Positions 12,891 to 26,725 of a stretch of 64,000 nucleotides of DNA are shown here, in pieces. Below the pieces are notes generated by a model, which worked only from the letters and a program-made list of their open reading frames with translations, was not told where the DNA came from and did not search any database. The translations under genes were made by a program, and so were the position numbers. How positions within the stretch are numbered: position 1 is the stretch's first letter; each line of letters opens with the position of its first letter. Source of the stretch: Eledone cirrhosa (lineage: Eukaryota); the NCBI GenBank assembly GCA_964016885.1, contig OZ024740.1:86118001-86182000 (forward strand). The letters are read 5' to 3'.

Positions 12891-13835
12891 TACGGACTTA
12901 CATATATATGTGTGTACATTCACACACACATACATACACATCAATAAAAAAAACTACTACAATATACTAAAATATACATCCAGCGTCATACACTAAAAAT
13001 GTATGTCGTACTAAACATGCACATATATAAACATTATAATCATATATATACATCCATACGTTTTTTTAAGCTAAAACCCCAGTGAGAATATTTGTTCCGA
13101 AGTTATTGGAACCTGCAGTTCCAGAATCAGACAGATCCATACAACGATCGTGTCTCGAGCTGTCTGCCGGCGAAACATTTGTAAGACACAATAAATTGAG
13201 TCCAGATGCATCACTGGTTTTTCGTTTTATATTATATCACACTCTGCTCTGTAAGAACATAGAGTGCTTAACTGGCATACCGTCTATGGAAGCACCTTAG
13301 CTACCATTAAACACACACATATATATATATATGTGTGTGTGTTATGTGTGTATGTGTGTGTGTGTAAGCACATGTATGTATATGTGTACGTATATATATG
13401 TGGTAGGCTTTCTCTTGTATCTTTGATAACTGTTGGTATAGTTTCAGCTAAATTCTTAATTTCAGAGTTTATATGTTCAGTTATAAGTTTTCCGTCTGTA
13501 GATTGTTTTTCTATTTCTTTTAAAATAGAGGATTGTGTGTCCATCATCGTGATAAGTGTTGATAATTTCGATGATACCTCCTTTAGAATTCTTTCTGATT
13601 CTGTTGGTTTCATTTGTTGCTTTCCAGACATGTTGGCATATACACAATAGGAATATATATATAGATATAGATAGGTAAATATACACGGGTGTGTAAGATT
13701 GTGTATAGAAGATTATATTAATAAGAGGAATTCCAACTTTGTCTGATTTACTCGTTTTATTTACAATCCTTTAAAATATATATAATGGTATTATAATGAA
13801 ATAGTATGATAGAATATTAAATTCTAAGTGTTAAT

Positions 13836-13874
13836 TGAACAAGTACTTTCATGCTTTCGCAATCTTCAGGTTCA
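13836..13874 (-). ncRNA. Minimal type I hammerhead ribozyme in 3' pLTR
   Basis: TGAAC-CTGAAGA-TTGC gaaa GCAT-GAAA-GTAC-TT-GTTCA. Confidence 0.82.
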
Positions 13875-14245
13875 TGATATGTGGTGACAGTCGAGTTTGC
13901 AATTTTCAACTGTAATGAGATGGGTAAATTTCCTACCTTTTATACATTTTATACAGAGAAAAGTGGCTCCAGAATGCCAAGCCCTGTAAACTGTATTTCG
14001 ACCAATCAGTGTGTAGTTTCACTGAATTACTACAGCTGATTGGTTTAAGCGTCACGGCTGGTTGAGCATGCTAATGACCAATAGTCATACCCAACGTATC
14101 AAATGTTTTGCTTTTTGAAATGATTAAAATAGCATTTTCTATTAATCATCACCATCAACGTCACTTTTATTATTATTATTATTGTTGTTGTTGTTGTTAG
14201 TGGTCGTGGTCATAGTGGTAGTAGAAGTAATACCCCTAGGCGTTA

Positions 14246-16547
14246 TTATTGTTCATTTAGCTTGGGTTTGAATTTATCAATAAAATTCTTTTCTTTGATT
14301 TTTCTCTTGATTTCACTTGGGCTGTGTAATTTGTAGAATGGGAATATTATAAATATTCCCTGACCACATGTTGCCAGGTGGCCGCTTAGGGGTATCTGAC
14401 GGACATTTGGGTCTCTGATTTGTTGACGGTGTACCCGTGCACGTTCCGATAGTGCATTTCCAGTTTGACCGACATATAGTTCTTCACAATTCGGGCATTT
14501 AATGCAGTAAATTAGATTTCTGCTTTTGCAGTTCATATTTACATTTGGGAATATTTTTCCAGTTTTTGTTTTCATATATTGACCGGCGTGTATGGATTGA
14601 TATGTGCCGCATCGATTATCATTGCATTTAGATACAGTGAATGATTGGTCTTTGTTGTTAAGGTCAAACTTTGCTTTTGTTAGCAATTGCTTCAAATTTT
14701 TTGGCTGTCTTTTACTAAGAGTCAAAGATCGATCTGTGATTAAGCCTTTTAATTCATTACTTTGAGCAATGATCGGTAGGTTTGCTTTGGCAGCGTTGAA
14801 TATATTCTGGTGACATGGGTTGTGTGTCATTATAAATGGTATGACCAGTTCTTGGTTTCTTCTTCCTTGGGTTGTTCTAAGTTGTTGTATAGGTATTTTT
14901 ATAGCCCGCTGTATGCCATTTTCTATAAGTAGAGATGGGTATTTTTGTTGGAGCAAAAATTCTCTTAGTTCTGTTAGGCGTTTGTACCTGGTATTCGTAT
15001 CTTCTACAATGGTACAAATTCTTCTGGCAGTATGGGATGTTGCGTTTTGTATGAGGTGGATGGCACGACTTAAAATTCAGATATTGATGGGTGTCTGTGT
15101 GTTTATAATATATATCCGTGGTAATGGTGGAGTCGTTTTTGATTATCATTATATCTAGGAATGGTAATTTGGTCCTACTCATCTCTTTTGTGAATTGGAG
15201 AGATGGGTGTAGGTTATTCAGGAGGATATTGAACTCATCCAGAGTATCTAGAGATTCTGTCTAGATGATGAAACAGTCGTCAAGGTATCTCTTCCAAGAT
15301 TTTTCAATGTACTTTCTAAAGTCAGTACTATATTTTTCCTCTATTTCTTGGTAGAGTTGTTGTTCTAAGTATCCCATTACAGAGTTCGCGTAAACGGGAG
15401 CAAACTTCGTTCCCATCGCTGTGCCTCTAATTTGGATGTAATTCTTTCCATTGAAGAAGAAAGTGTTGTTTTCCAGAATAAGTTTAACTGCGTCTAATAT
15501 AAATGGCGCTGTGAATCTAATGGGAATCACTTCTCTGTGTTTTTCCACCCAGTATTTAACCGCCTTTATTCCTAAATCATGTGTAATGTTGGTGCAAAGG
15601 CTTACCACATCAAAACTGAGTAGAAGTGAATTCGTTTCCGTGGTTTTGGGAAGATGGGACAGGAAGTCGATATCATCCCGGATAAAACTGGGTATGTGAA
15701 TACATAGTGGTTTCAAAATAATGTCAACAAAATTGCTTAGACGGTGAGTGGGGCATGTTGGACCAGCTATAATAGGTCTAAGTTTTAAGTCTTTTGGGTG
15801 TAATAATTTAATGTACTCACTGTTTTGTTCTCTTACTGCCAGTTGTATTTCTTTTGACTTGTGAACTTTCGGTAGGCCATACAGGTTGCTGGGTTTCGGC
15901 TCAAAATTGGTGATGTAGTCTCTTTCCTTATCAGTAAATGAGTTGTAGTATTTTGAAGCCAGGTTGTTGATCTTCTTCATGATGTTGTGGTCTATATTTG
16001 ACGGTATTTCATGATAGAATGTTGTGTCTTTCAGTTGTTCCTCAACCAAATCCTTGTAGTATTCAGTATCCATCATAACAACTGCACCCCCTTTATATGC
16101 TTGTTTAATTATTATTGTTTTATCATTTTGTATACGTTTAAGTGCAGACATTTCTGATTTGTTAATGTTTGGCCTAACATTAGTATTATGTCTAAGAGGA
16201 AATTTAGACAGGATGTCAATGTATTGGTCGAGATAGATATTTCTTCCTTTTGGCGGAGTGAAATTTGATTTATTCTTTACTAGTGATTCATCACTCTCAT
16301 TATTTTTATCAGCGAAGAATTCTACAAGACGTAATTTTCGACAGAATTCTTGGGTATCCTCCTTCAGTTCTTGGTGGTTGACTGTTGGAGTCGGTGTGAA
16401 TTTCAGTCCTTTTGACAGAATTTTCATATCATCATTGTCAAGATCTCTTTTAGATAAATTAATTATTTTAGGATCTACGTGTACAGCTGTTTTGGGTATG
16501 TTTCCTCCTGGAGTTTTTCTTTTTCCGGTTTTTGTTGTCCTGACGTT
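14246..16547 (-). pseudogene. Penelope RT-GIY-YIG polyprotein, 5'-truncated, with stop and frameshift
   Basis: ORFs 15261-16601, 14877-15182 and 14246-14956 are colinear parts of one PLE protein. Confidence 0.9.
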
Positions 16548-17607
16548 AAAATGTATAAAAGGTAGGAAATTTACCCATCTCATTACAGTTGAAAATTGCA
16601 AACTCGACTGTCACCACATATCATGAACCTGAAGATTGCGAAAGCATGAAAGTACTTGTTCAATTAACACTTAGAATTTAATATTCTATCATACTATTTC
16701 ATTATAATACCATTATATATATTTTAAAGGATTGTAAATAAAACGAGTAAATCAGACAAAGTTGGAATTCCTCTTATTAATATAATCTTCTATACACAAT
16801 CTTACACACCCGTGTATATTTACCTATCTATATCTATATATATATTCCTATTGTGTATATGCCAACATGTCTGGAAAGCAACAAATGAAACCAACAGAAT
16901 CAGAAAGAATTCTAAAGGAGATATCATCGAAATTATCAACACTTATCACGATGATGGACACACAATCCTCTATTTTAAAAGAAATAGAAAAACAATCTAC
17001 AGACGGAAAACTTATAACTGAACATATAAACTCTGAAATTAAGAATTTAGCTGAAACTATACCAACAGTTATCAAAGATACAAGAGAAAGCCTACCACAT
17101 ATATATACGTACACATACACATACATGTGCTTACACACACACACATACACACATAACACACACACATATATATATATATGTGTGTGTTTAATGGTAGCTA
17201 AGGTGCTTCCATAGACGGTATGCCAGTTAAGCACTCTATGTTCTTACAGAGCAGAGTGTGATATAATATAAAACGAAAAACCAGTGATGCATCTGGACTC
17301 AATTTATTGTGTCTTACAAATGTTTCGCCGGCAGACAGCTCGAGACACGATCGTTGTATGGATCTGTCTGATTCTGGAACTGCAGGTTCCAATAACTTCG
17401 GAACAAATATTCTCACTGGGGTTTTAGCTTAAAAAAACGTATGGATGTATATATATGATTATAATGTTTATATATGTGCATGTTTAGTACGACATACATT
17501 TTTAGTGTATGACGCTGGATGTATATTTTAGTATATTGTAGTAGTTTTTTTTATTGATGTGTATGTATGTGTGTGTGAATGTACACACATATATATGTAA
17601 GTCCGTA

Positions 17608-17638
<31 letters not shown>

Positions 17639-18203
17639 GCGTATGTATATATATATATATATATATGCAAAAGTTATATTAAATTGTGGGATTCAATAAG
17701 CTTAAAAGTTTTATAACTGATATAAAGCACTCAACAGTTTACTGGAGTAAATATTCAATATATTAATAAATGGAAACTATATTTATAAAACCATAATTAT
17801 ATTATTATATATATTTCAAGGGCAACCAAGGCAAATTTTGGTGCGCTTTCATCAAATAAAATACAAAATTTGTTTTATAAATGTTGACATACCCGCGGAA
17901 AAACAACCTTGACGGTTGAAGGTTCTCTGGATAGTCTCTGGACCATCCAGAGAACCTTCAACCGTCAAGGTTGTTTTTCCGCGGGTATGTCAACATTTAT
18001 AAAACAAATTTTGTATTTTATCTGATGAAAGCGCACCAAAATTTGCCTTGGTTGCCCTTGAAATATATATAATAAAATAATTATGGTTTTATAAATATAG
18101 TTTCCATTTATTAATATATTGTATATATGTATATGTGTATATGTATGTATATATATATATATATGTGTGCGTATATGTGTATGTATATGTATGTGTGCGT
18201 GTA

Positions 18204-18284
<81 letters not shown>

Positions 18285-18735
18285 ATTTATATATACTTTT
18301 ATTTATTTATTTATTTATTATTTATATTTTTCTATTTACTTATTTATTTATTTATTTATTTTTATGTGTGTATGCACGCTTGCATGTATGTGTATGGGTG
18401 TATGTATTTGCTTACATTGTTTATGATCGTGCATGTATAACAGGATGCATCCTTTCATGACCCTATATGACTTTTGTGCAGATTTATGACTGTGAGTATA
18501 CCACATTTGAGTACGGACAGAGATGTGTGCGTGCGTGTATGTATCTTTGCAGATGTACGTGGGCACGGAGGTATCTGGGCGCGTATTTGTTTGAATGTAT
18601 ATGAGCCAGTGTGTGTGTGTGTGTGTGTGCGTTTGCGTGCGTGTGTGTGCACTAAAACAGGCTAAGTGATTACTGGTGACTACGCTTATGTGTGTGTACA
18701 TATACACATATGTGTGTATATATATATATATATAT
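16548..18735. repeat. Right arm of ~2.2-kb inverted repeat (includes second copy of family D fold-back 17667-18120)
   Basis: Reverse complement of 11770-13950. Confidence 0.92.
16624..16662 (+). ncRNA. Minimal type I hammerhead ribozyme in inverted pLTR
   Basis: Identical motif to 13836-13874 on the opposite strand. Confidence 0.82.
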
Positions 18736-18875
18736 AACGAAGGAAATGTGGTAAGGAACCAGGTGGACCATAACGCACCAAAGTACTCAATACTTAGGGT
18801 AGTAGAGTGGGTAATAGGAACGAGTAGGACCCCGACGGCTGAGCTCAAGCCGTTTCGACGGCTAATTCTGGACTA
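18735..18875 (-). mobile_element. PLE pLTR fragment, family C
   Basis: Homologous to 11060-11193 and 62420-62560. Confidence 0.7.
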
Positions 18876-18985
18876 ATATTTTATTGTAGTGTATTTGTGT
18901 ATGCGTATGCATGTGGATGTGTGTGTCTATGTATGTATGTGGGTGTATATATATGTGCGTGTGTATGTGTGTGTATGTATATATA

Positions 18986-19027
<42 letters not shown>

Positions 19028-19119
19028 TACACACACATATACGTGTATGTGTGTGTATATATGTATATATATATATATATACACATATATACACACACAT
19101 ATACATGTATGTGTGTGTA

Positions 19120-19169
<50 letters not shown>

Positions 19170-19496
19170 CACATATGTGTATATATATATATATACATAT
19201 ATACACACACATACACACACACACACATATATATATATAGACACATACATACATACATAGACACACACATCCATATGCATACACATACAAAAAATCACGA
19301 CAATAAAATAGAAAAATGAATCTCAAAGGTACATAACCTGCGTACACATACGCGTGCGCACACACGCACGCAATAAGAAATCAACACACGCATACAAATA
19401 AACATATACGTAAATCCATGCACACATATATACACATATATACACATATACACAAACACATGCATACATATATACAAATACATATAAACAAATATG

Positions 19497-19530
<34 letters not shown>

Positions 19531-19545
19531 CAAACAGACACACAC

Positions 19546-19600
<55 letters not shown>

Positions 19601-19689
19601 TATAAATATAAAAACACGTATATATGTAAGTACACATAAGCCTGTTTGAATATGTGCCCACATATAACCTTTTGTGAGTAGACTTAAAA

Positions 19690-21490
19690 ACCTAGTGGAT
19701 AAGTAAGGACAAAGGGGAATAAAACTGAACTAAAATATTATAATAAAAACAATTATTAAGAACAGGTAAGGGAGAAAAGGGGTGTAAAAGTTGTAGTAGA
19801 GAGTAAGTGTTTGTGATGAGATCTGGATAAGGGTATATAGTTAAAAAGTGATGATCTGGGTAAAGTATAAAGGTGGTGGGTGTGTATGTATTAAAGGTAT
19901 GGTAGATAGTAAGGGGAATATAATTCAAATGATATATAGAAAGAGATGAGGGAGAACAAGTATATATTGGTAGAAAGTATGTGTTCATAAGGTAATGAAA
20001 TTGGTAGTGAGTGGAAGGCCTGATAAGTAAAGAAGAAGCTCAAGGTGGTTGAGTAATCGTTGGTATGTTAATCCAGTTAAAAAGTAGATGCGATTTCAGG
20101 TGCGGACAACATCTAAAGTTCTCGGTCTTAGAGTTGAGACAAGTTGTAGGGGTTTTCAAGTTTTGGAGAATTCTAAATGTTTCCGTAGTACACAAAGAAC
20201 ATTTCTTTGTGCCTATTTGGTATTCTCTTGAATGGTCTAAAACAGACCAATCAATAGTGTACGGAATGTTTTTGTCTTTGAACTCCCACACTTTATTTGC
20301 CAGCGCCGTTGCTGTTCTTTTTTCAGGGTGTTTGAAAGAAGCGACATGTGCGTAATACCTGGTTTTAAATCTATCCTGAGTCATGCCAACATATCGTTCA
20401 CTCATTGCTGGTTGGTTATTAATCATTGGTGTCAATTTGGCCTCATACACAATAGATTTGGTATTACATTTACCCTGTAATGGGCATTCTTCCGGCTTTC
20501 TGCAACTGCATCCTGGATTTATTCTAGAGAGTTGGTAATTTTAGTTTTCATTGATGGGCAGCAAGAGTAACTGATTTTAACTACATTTCTATTGAATATC
20601 TTATTATATCTATGATTAGGGGGAAAATGTTTGTCAAGGAGGTCGAGGAATTTTCTTCCTACGTTAGTTTTAACAGTTAGAGAGAAGGGGGTGTAAACCA
20701 AATAATTTTTCTTTTCCTGTTATTGTGTTTAGTGTTAGAAAGAGGAATAGGTAAATATTTAATTTGTTCGGTGAAGCCGCTGTTATTGAGGGCTTTATTA
20801 TAATAAGAGGCGGCTTTGTTAAAAATGTCTATAGACGAAGATAAGGTAGAAATCCTACGGCTAATATTAGGAATAAGATTTTTAAAGACTATAGGGGGAT
20901 GGCATGACTCTTTGTGTATATATCTTAAAATTCATTAGGTTTATGATAAGGTTTAAAGGAAGCGGTAAGTAGATCAAGATTGATATCAAGAAAGTTAGTA
21001 TTAGTAAGGTTCGTATCTATAGTAATTTTAAGGTTTAGGTTAGCAAAGGTATTGATTAAGTCTTTACGGAATTTATCAAGGTTATGGCCGTTGGTGGAAT
21101 GAGAAACTGCCAAACCGTCATCACGGTATAAACCGATATTATCGCAAGGAAATTTCTCTTTAAGGGTGTGGAGGAGGAATAATCCTAATTCGCACACATC
21201 GGCACTATCATATGAGCCCATCGCAACATCAAAAGAGTTTTCAGGGCTTGGTTTCAGAGTTTTCAGGCTTGATTTCAGATTTAGCAGGGTTGATTAGTCT
21301 ACAACTAGGTCGATTAGTAAGGTCTAATTTATGATCTTTAAGGGTAATATATTCTTTACGTTTAGCTAGGCTTTCAATCCGGTTGTCTATTTTTAAGGTA
21401 CTAGCTGGGGCTTTAGCTTCATTATTAATAGTATTGTAAGTATTAATGTTAGCTATTTGATATTTAGCCGTAATGCTATCTGCTAACGTA
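19690..21490 (-). mobile_element. Penelope-like element of a second type (YRDDG RT, possibly Hydra clade), 5'-truncated and decayed
   Basis: CRLINPAKSE, MGSYDSADVCELG, GLYRDDGL, NFLDINLDL, KISYSC, GIY-YIG region YVGMTQDRFKTRY..KKCSLCTTE. Confidence 0.85.
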
Positions 21491-21916
21491 TATACATACA
21501 TATATATATATATGTGTGTATATACGTTAACAGATAGCATTACGGCTATATATATATACATACTGAGCGTATTAGAGAATTCAATGCCTTATTATGACAA
21601 GCAATTTCAACCTAGTTTGATAATATTACTTCATTCACTTTCTCCTTAATTCTGTATTTTTCGCTTCGATTCTTCATTTTCACTTAAGGGCAACTTTCTT
21701 AAATTATTAAATTATTATCTTTGGCTTAATCTACGTCTTAAGATATAGATTATATATTTTTATCAACATCTCTCTCCACCTCTTGCCTATCGTTCCCAAC
21801 AAAATATTATTATGAATATTTACCTAGTTGTATGGATCATTTCTTATCTCCTATCAAATTGTATCTCATAAAAAGGATATTGTTAAATCGATAGTTACTC
21901 TCTCTCCCTCTCTTTC

Positions 21917-21973
<57 letters not shown>

Positions 21974-22199
21974 AATGTGCATACTTATACACACTCACAA
22001 ATACACATACACAGAAAGAAATCTACATTGGGCATAGTGACTGATAGATGCATAGATAGATAAACAACTTTCTAGGTGTATAGATGTCAATTCATATTTC
22101 TGAATGTGTGTCCCCAAATACATAAATACATACATAAATACAACATGCACATACGTGTATATATATATATACATTTGAAAAGGGAAGTAAGTTCTATAC

Positions 22200-22745
22200 A
22201 AAACTGGTTATAGAGAAAAGGTGAAGTTTGAAATTTACGGAAAATATATTTTAGGGTCTGTTTTTCTTTTTTTTCCGTTCTTTAATTCGTCAAATTGACA
22301 TTATTGAAAAAAATGAGAGAGACAATTCTTTTAAAAAAGAGTTTTATAATGTATATAAAGTATATAAAGTATTACCGGTTTCGATGTATTAGTAAGTTTC
22401 ATCTTATAAAAAGATTACTAAGAATTAAAAACTGAAAATTAAAGATTTAAAATTAAGAGGAAAGATTTTTTTCACCTTCCTTGTTGAGAGGAGACTGGGA
22501 AATTAACTCTTGTGTATAGAGTGAAAGGTGTAGTCATAAAGTAGCAGCAGCTGTGGTGGTAGGTGTGTTTCTTCACAGAACAAAATTGTTTTTTGGGACA
22601 AAGGAAATATTCTGTAAATATGTTCGTGTATCTCAATTGTACGGAATCTCAATTGTATGGACTGGTCAATATGGTTTTAGAGGGTGTGTTTATATGTGAG
22701 AATGTATGTATTAAAAAATACACACATGTGTGGGAGTGGGTGAGT

Positions 22746-22837
<92 letters not shown>

Positions 22838-22953
22838 TCAGGCTGTCTGTTTTTGTGGCGGGAAATTAAAACAAACAGAGCAAAGCATCAGTGGTGGCTT
22901 TGAATAAGAAATTTTTGAAAAATATTTGTATGAGCCTTTTTTCTCTTATTTCA

Positions 22954-22992
<39 letters not shown>

Positions 22993-24234
22993 CGTAGTGT
23001 GTGTGTGAGAGAGAGAGAGCGTAGTGTGTGTGAGAGAGAGAGAGCGTAGTGTGTATGTGTGTGTGAGAGACAGAGAGAGAGAATCTAATAGGGCGATTAC
23101 ATATTTAATTTTGGTTTGAATTTGTTAATAAATAGTTTTCCTTTATTTCTTTGTTATTGAGTGAAAGAATCGGGGCACTTGTAAAGGGGGAAGATTTTAA
23201 AGTTGGGTAGGGTCATTCCTGCACAATCTGCAATGTGGCTACTTAAGGGGATTTTTCTTCTGTTTACGTCTCGGATATATTGGCGGTGGATGGTCATTCT
23301 TTTGCGTAATAACACACTTGTCTGTCATATGTAGTTATGACAGCAGCCACCGCATGTGATTATGTAGATAAGGTTCTCTGAGTTGCAAGTAAAGTTGTTT
23401 TTCACTGTGAAAGTTTGACCATCTTTAAACGTGAACGTTTGTCCTTCAATTAAGTATAGACATGTGCCACAGTTTGTTCTTGAGCATTTTGTAACCGTAA
23501 GGTTGGAGATTGGTTTGTGTATATTTGTTCCAGTGAAAATGTGTTTTAGTGATTTGGGTTGCCTTTTGCCTTTAATGAACTTGTGTGTTTCTAGGATTTT
23601 TTCATTTTTTCATCTTTAAATAGAATGGTTTTTGTGTAGGAGGTTGAACATTTCGGTGTTTCTAGGGTTGAACGTGGATACATATGCTAAGGTATTGTTT
23701 GTGGTTCTGTGCTTTGGGTTTTTGGGTTGATGAAAATTTGCGTTTTGCTCTGTCTATTCCGTTATTATTTATGTCAAGTGGGAAGGTTCTTCAGGTAAGT
23801 GTGTTTTTTAGTTCATTTAGTCTTTGTACTCCTTTAGCTGGGTCTGATACTATGGTGCATATAGGTTTATCTAAATTAAAAGGAATTTTAAGTTTTATAT
23901 GTTTTGGGTGATTTGATGTGAAGAGGAGGTACTGTTTGGAGTCCGTGGGTTTATGAAAGATGTCTGTTTTTATTTTCCCATCTGTTTTTAAAATAAGGAT
24001 ATCCAAGAAGGTTAATTCCTTGGAGTTGGATTCCATTGTGAATTGTAAGCTATTGTTAATGTTGTTTATCATATTTTTGAAAAGAGTGAGTGTATTTATG
24101 TCTTCCTGCCATAGTAGAAAGCAATCGTCTAAGTATCTCTTCCAATTATTTTTGAGCTGTTTAAGGAAAGAGTCTCCGAATAATAGAAGGGATTGGTTGT
24201 AGATTTGTTGTTCGTGGAATCCAATGACTAGGTT

Positions 24235-24238
<4 letters not shown>
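22200..24238 (-). mobile_element. Penelope-like element (Neptune-like), 5'-truncated, decayed; 3' region interrupted by (GT)n/(GA)n
   Basis: KRYLDDCF, LTFLDI, TDIFHKPTDSKQYL (23791-24238); GIY-YIG remnant about 23280-23490; degenerate HHR at about 22370-22415. Confidence 0.82.
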
Positions 24239-24269
<31 letters not shown>

Positions 24270-24270
<1 letters not shown>

Positions 24271-24459
24271 AGTTAGTTCCACAACAGTTAACCATTATCG
24301 AGGACACATTATCTAGTGTCATGTGTGAGGATCCGCAAGGTGAAACACGTGTCCTCGATAATGGTTAATTAATGGTTGTGGAACTAACTTCTACCGAACT
24401 CGTCCCATGGACTGAGTGCAATGCCACTACGGATATATCCTTCCAGTGTTCTACCAGTG

Positions 24460-24460
<1 letters not shown>
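24270..24460 (+). mobile_element. PLE pLTR fold-back with 5'-clipped HHR
   Basis: Arms 24270-24308 / 24349-24390; TGAGGA-TCC gcaa GGT-GAAA-CACGTG-TC. Confidence 0.65.
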
Positions 24461-24492
<32 letters not shown>

Positions 24493-24950
24493 TGTCTGTC
24501 TGTGTGTGTATGTGTGTGTGTGTGTGCGTGTGTGTGTGTGTGTTTGTGTTTGTGTTTGTGTCTGTGTATGTGCGTGAGTGTGTGCGTGTGTCCTTTGCGT
24601 ATATGTGTGCACGAATGTGTTACATGGGGCGAAAAATAAAATCCCAGTCAACACCGTATGTATAATACATTTGACCCGGCTGGACATAGGGGCATTTGGG
24701 CTATCCCCATGGTACTTCCACATGGCCGGGTTAAAAATATATACAACTGAAACAGTTGTCACGAAAATCTGTTGTCATAGCCATTGTACAAGAAATGAAA
24801 AGAAAATGGAATGCGCCTTCGCTGTGCATTGAACATAGGCAGTGAGCACTCTGTTGCCGGTTTTCAGACCTAATAGTTTCATTAGTAAATATTTCTCTTT
24901 ATTTATCACCTTATGATAAAACAGGTCTAACATTACGGCAAAAAACACTC

Positions 24951-25090
<140 letters not shown>

Positions 25091-25179
25091 CTGTATGTAT
25101 CCCTCTGGGTAATGAGCGTATTCATTACTATGTAATTGAATTTACCAATTCCAAAAATGGTGAAAATCAGCCGACAGGA

Positions 25180-25940
25180 ATTTGCAGACGACATAGTGTT
25201 ACTTAACTAAACAGGTGATCTCCGACTTGTACTTAATTGGTTTGATGTCGAGTATTGCATGGCTGGAATGAAAATCAGTGCTGCGAAAACTGAGACACTC
25301 GTCTTCTGAAGGAAGCCTGTGCGGTGCACTGTACATGTGAATGGAGTTCCACTGAAGTAGGTGGAGAAGTTCAAGTATCTTGGGGCCGTGTTCACGAGTG
25401 ATGGAAGACAGGAGGCTGAATTAAGTGAAAGAATTGCAGGAGCTGGTGCAGTAATGCACCAGCTTCAGCATTCGGAAATCAGAAGAATGGAGGTAGGTGT
25501 AAAAGCCAAAAGTCACTATCTTCAATTCGACATTCGTGCCAACCCTTAATGATAACCGAAAGAATACGATCGCGAAAACAATTACCCAAAATGGGGTTCT
25601 TTAGAAGAGTCTCTGGAGTAACGTTACACGATAGTGTGCGTAGCTCGGAGATCAGAGAGTCACTCCAGGTAGAGCCGCTACTTCTCAGAATTGAGAACTC
25701 ACAGCTCCGGTACTATGGGCATGTGGTTAGAATGTCTCAGGAAAGAATCACTGGACACATTTGACGGGCAAAACCAACCGACAGGGGACCCAGGGGTAGA
25801 CCCCGAGCTTGGCTGGTCTTGCTTGGGGACTAAGCCTGATAAGTTGGATAAGGTTGCTTCTGACTGGACCTGCTGGAAGGAGTGTTTGAGGACTCTACTC
25901 CGCATCCCTCGCAGAAATAAGTGGGCGAAGAAGAAGTAAA
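25180..25940 (+). mobile_element. Decayed 3' fragment of RTE-type LINE
   Basis: FADD at about 25181, EKFKYLGAVFTSDG, LRYYGHVVRM; frameshifted. Confidence 0.75.
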
Positions 25941-25996
25941 AGAAGACAAGAATTCCCAAAATAAAATACACATACGCGTGGACGCGCACACACACA

Positions 25997-26097
<101 letters not shown>

Positions 26098-26534
26098 AAC
26101 ACACACACAATAGTAAAAAGGGAACTAGTAAAATAGTAAAGAAATAGAAAGCACGTGTTAGTTAGCCATCTTGAAAACGTTTATATGCACACATAATTGA
26201 TCTTTGTATTTGTAATTTAATTGACATGTATACATTATTGTTACAGCTGTCATTGCTTTTATTCTTTTCATTTAAGATATGATACCTTTTTTCATTGTCT
26301 TTCTATACTATGACAGTAAACTGTATTCAACAAAAGGGAATTGAATTCCCATTGAATGCATGTGTATAGATATGCTCAAATTTCTATACGATGTGGAAAA
26401 GTTTAACAATGAGTGAGCCTGTAATGAAATCCAACAACGACAAAATGGTTATTTTCCTGAGGAGAAACAATAGAATTCCTGTAATGGAGAATGTGAGAAA
26501 GAGAAGAAAAAGGAGTATCACTAGTTTCATTAAG

Positions 26535-26725
26535 ACTGATTTCTAGTCTAAGCACAAGGCTAGCAAATTTAGGGAGGAGCGAAGTTAATTAAATCAACCG
26601 CAGTATTTGTCATGTATTTTATTTGATCGACCACAAAACGATGAAAAATAAAAATTGATGCTGGTGGGATTCGAACTCAGATCGTAGAGCCACATAACTA
26701 AATACCACGAAGTACTGTGTTCAAT
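26535..26725 (-). mobile_element. tRNA-derived SINE, diverged copy of the 27610 family
   Basis: Reverse complement has CTGAGTTCGAATCCC B-box, GGTCGATCAAAT, TTGCTAGCCTTGTGCTTAGA. Confidence 0.6.

Larger units (their letters stand above)
11770..13950. repeat. Left arm of ~2.2-kb inverted repeat
   Basis: Reverse complement of 16548-18735 with only a few substitutions and microsatellite length changes. Confidence 0.92.
13403..17098 (-). mobile_element. Penelope-like element (Neptune-like): RT + GIY-YIG, 3' pLTR 13403-13950 and inverted 5' pLTR 16548-17098
   Basis: RT: LRPIIAG, SFDVVSL, GTAMGTKFAPVYAN, RYLDDCF, LPFLDI; Cys linker KCNDNRC; GIY-YIG LIYCIKC..YVGQT..ERARVH; HHR in both pLTRs. Confidence 0.92.

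Noticed and set aside
16548-16601. N-terminus MQFSTVMRWVNFLPFIHF of the Penelope ORF
   Set aside because: This is the inverted pLTR read fortuitously in frame; real coding sequence starts at the 16547 junction.
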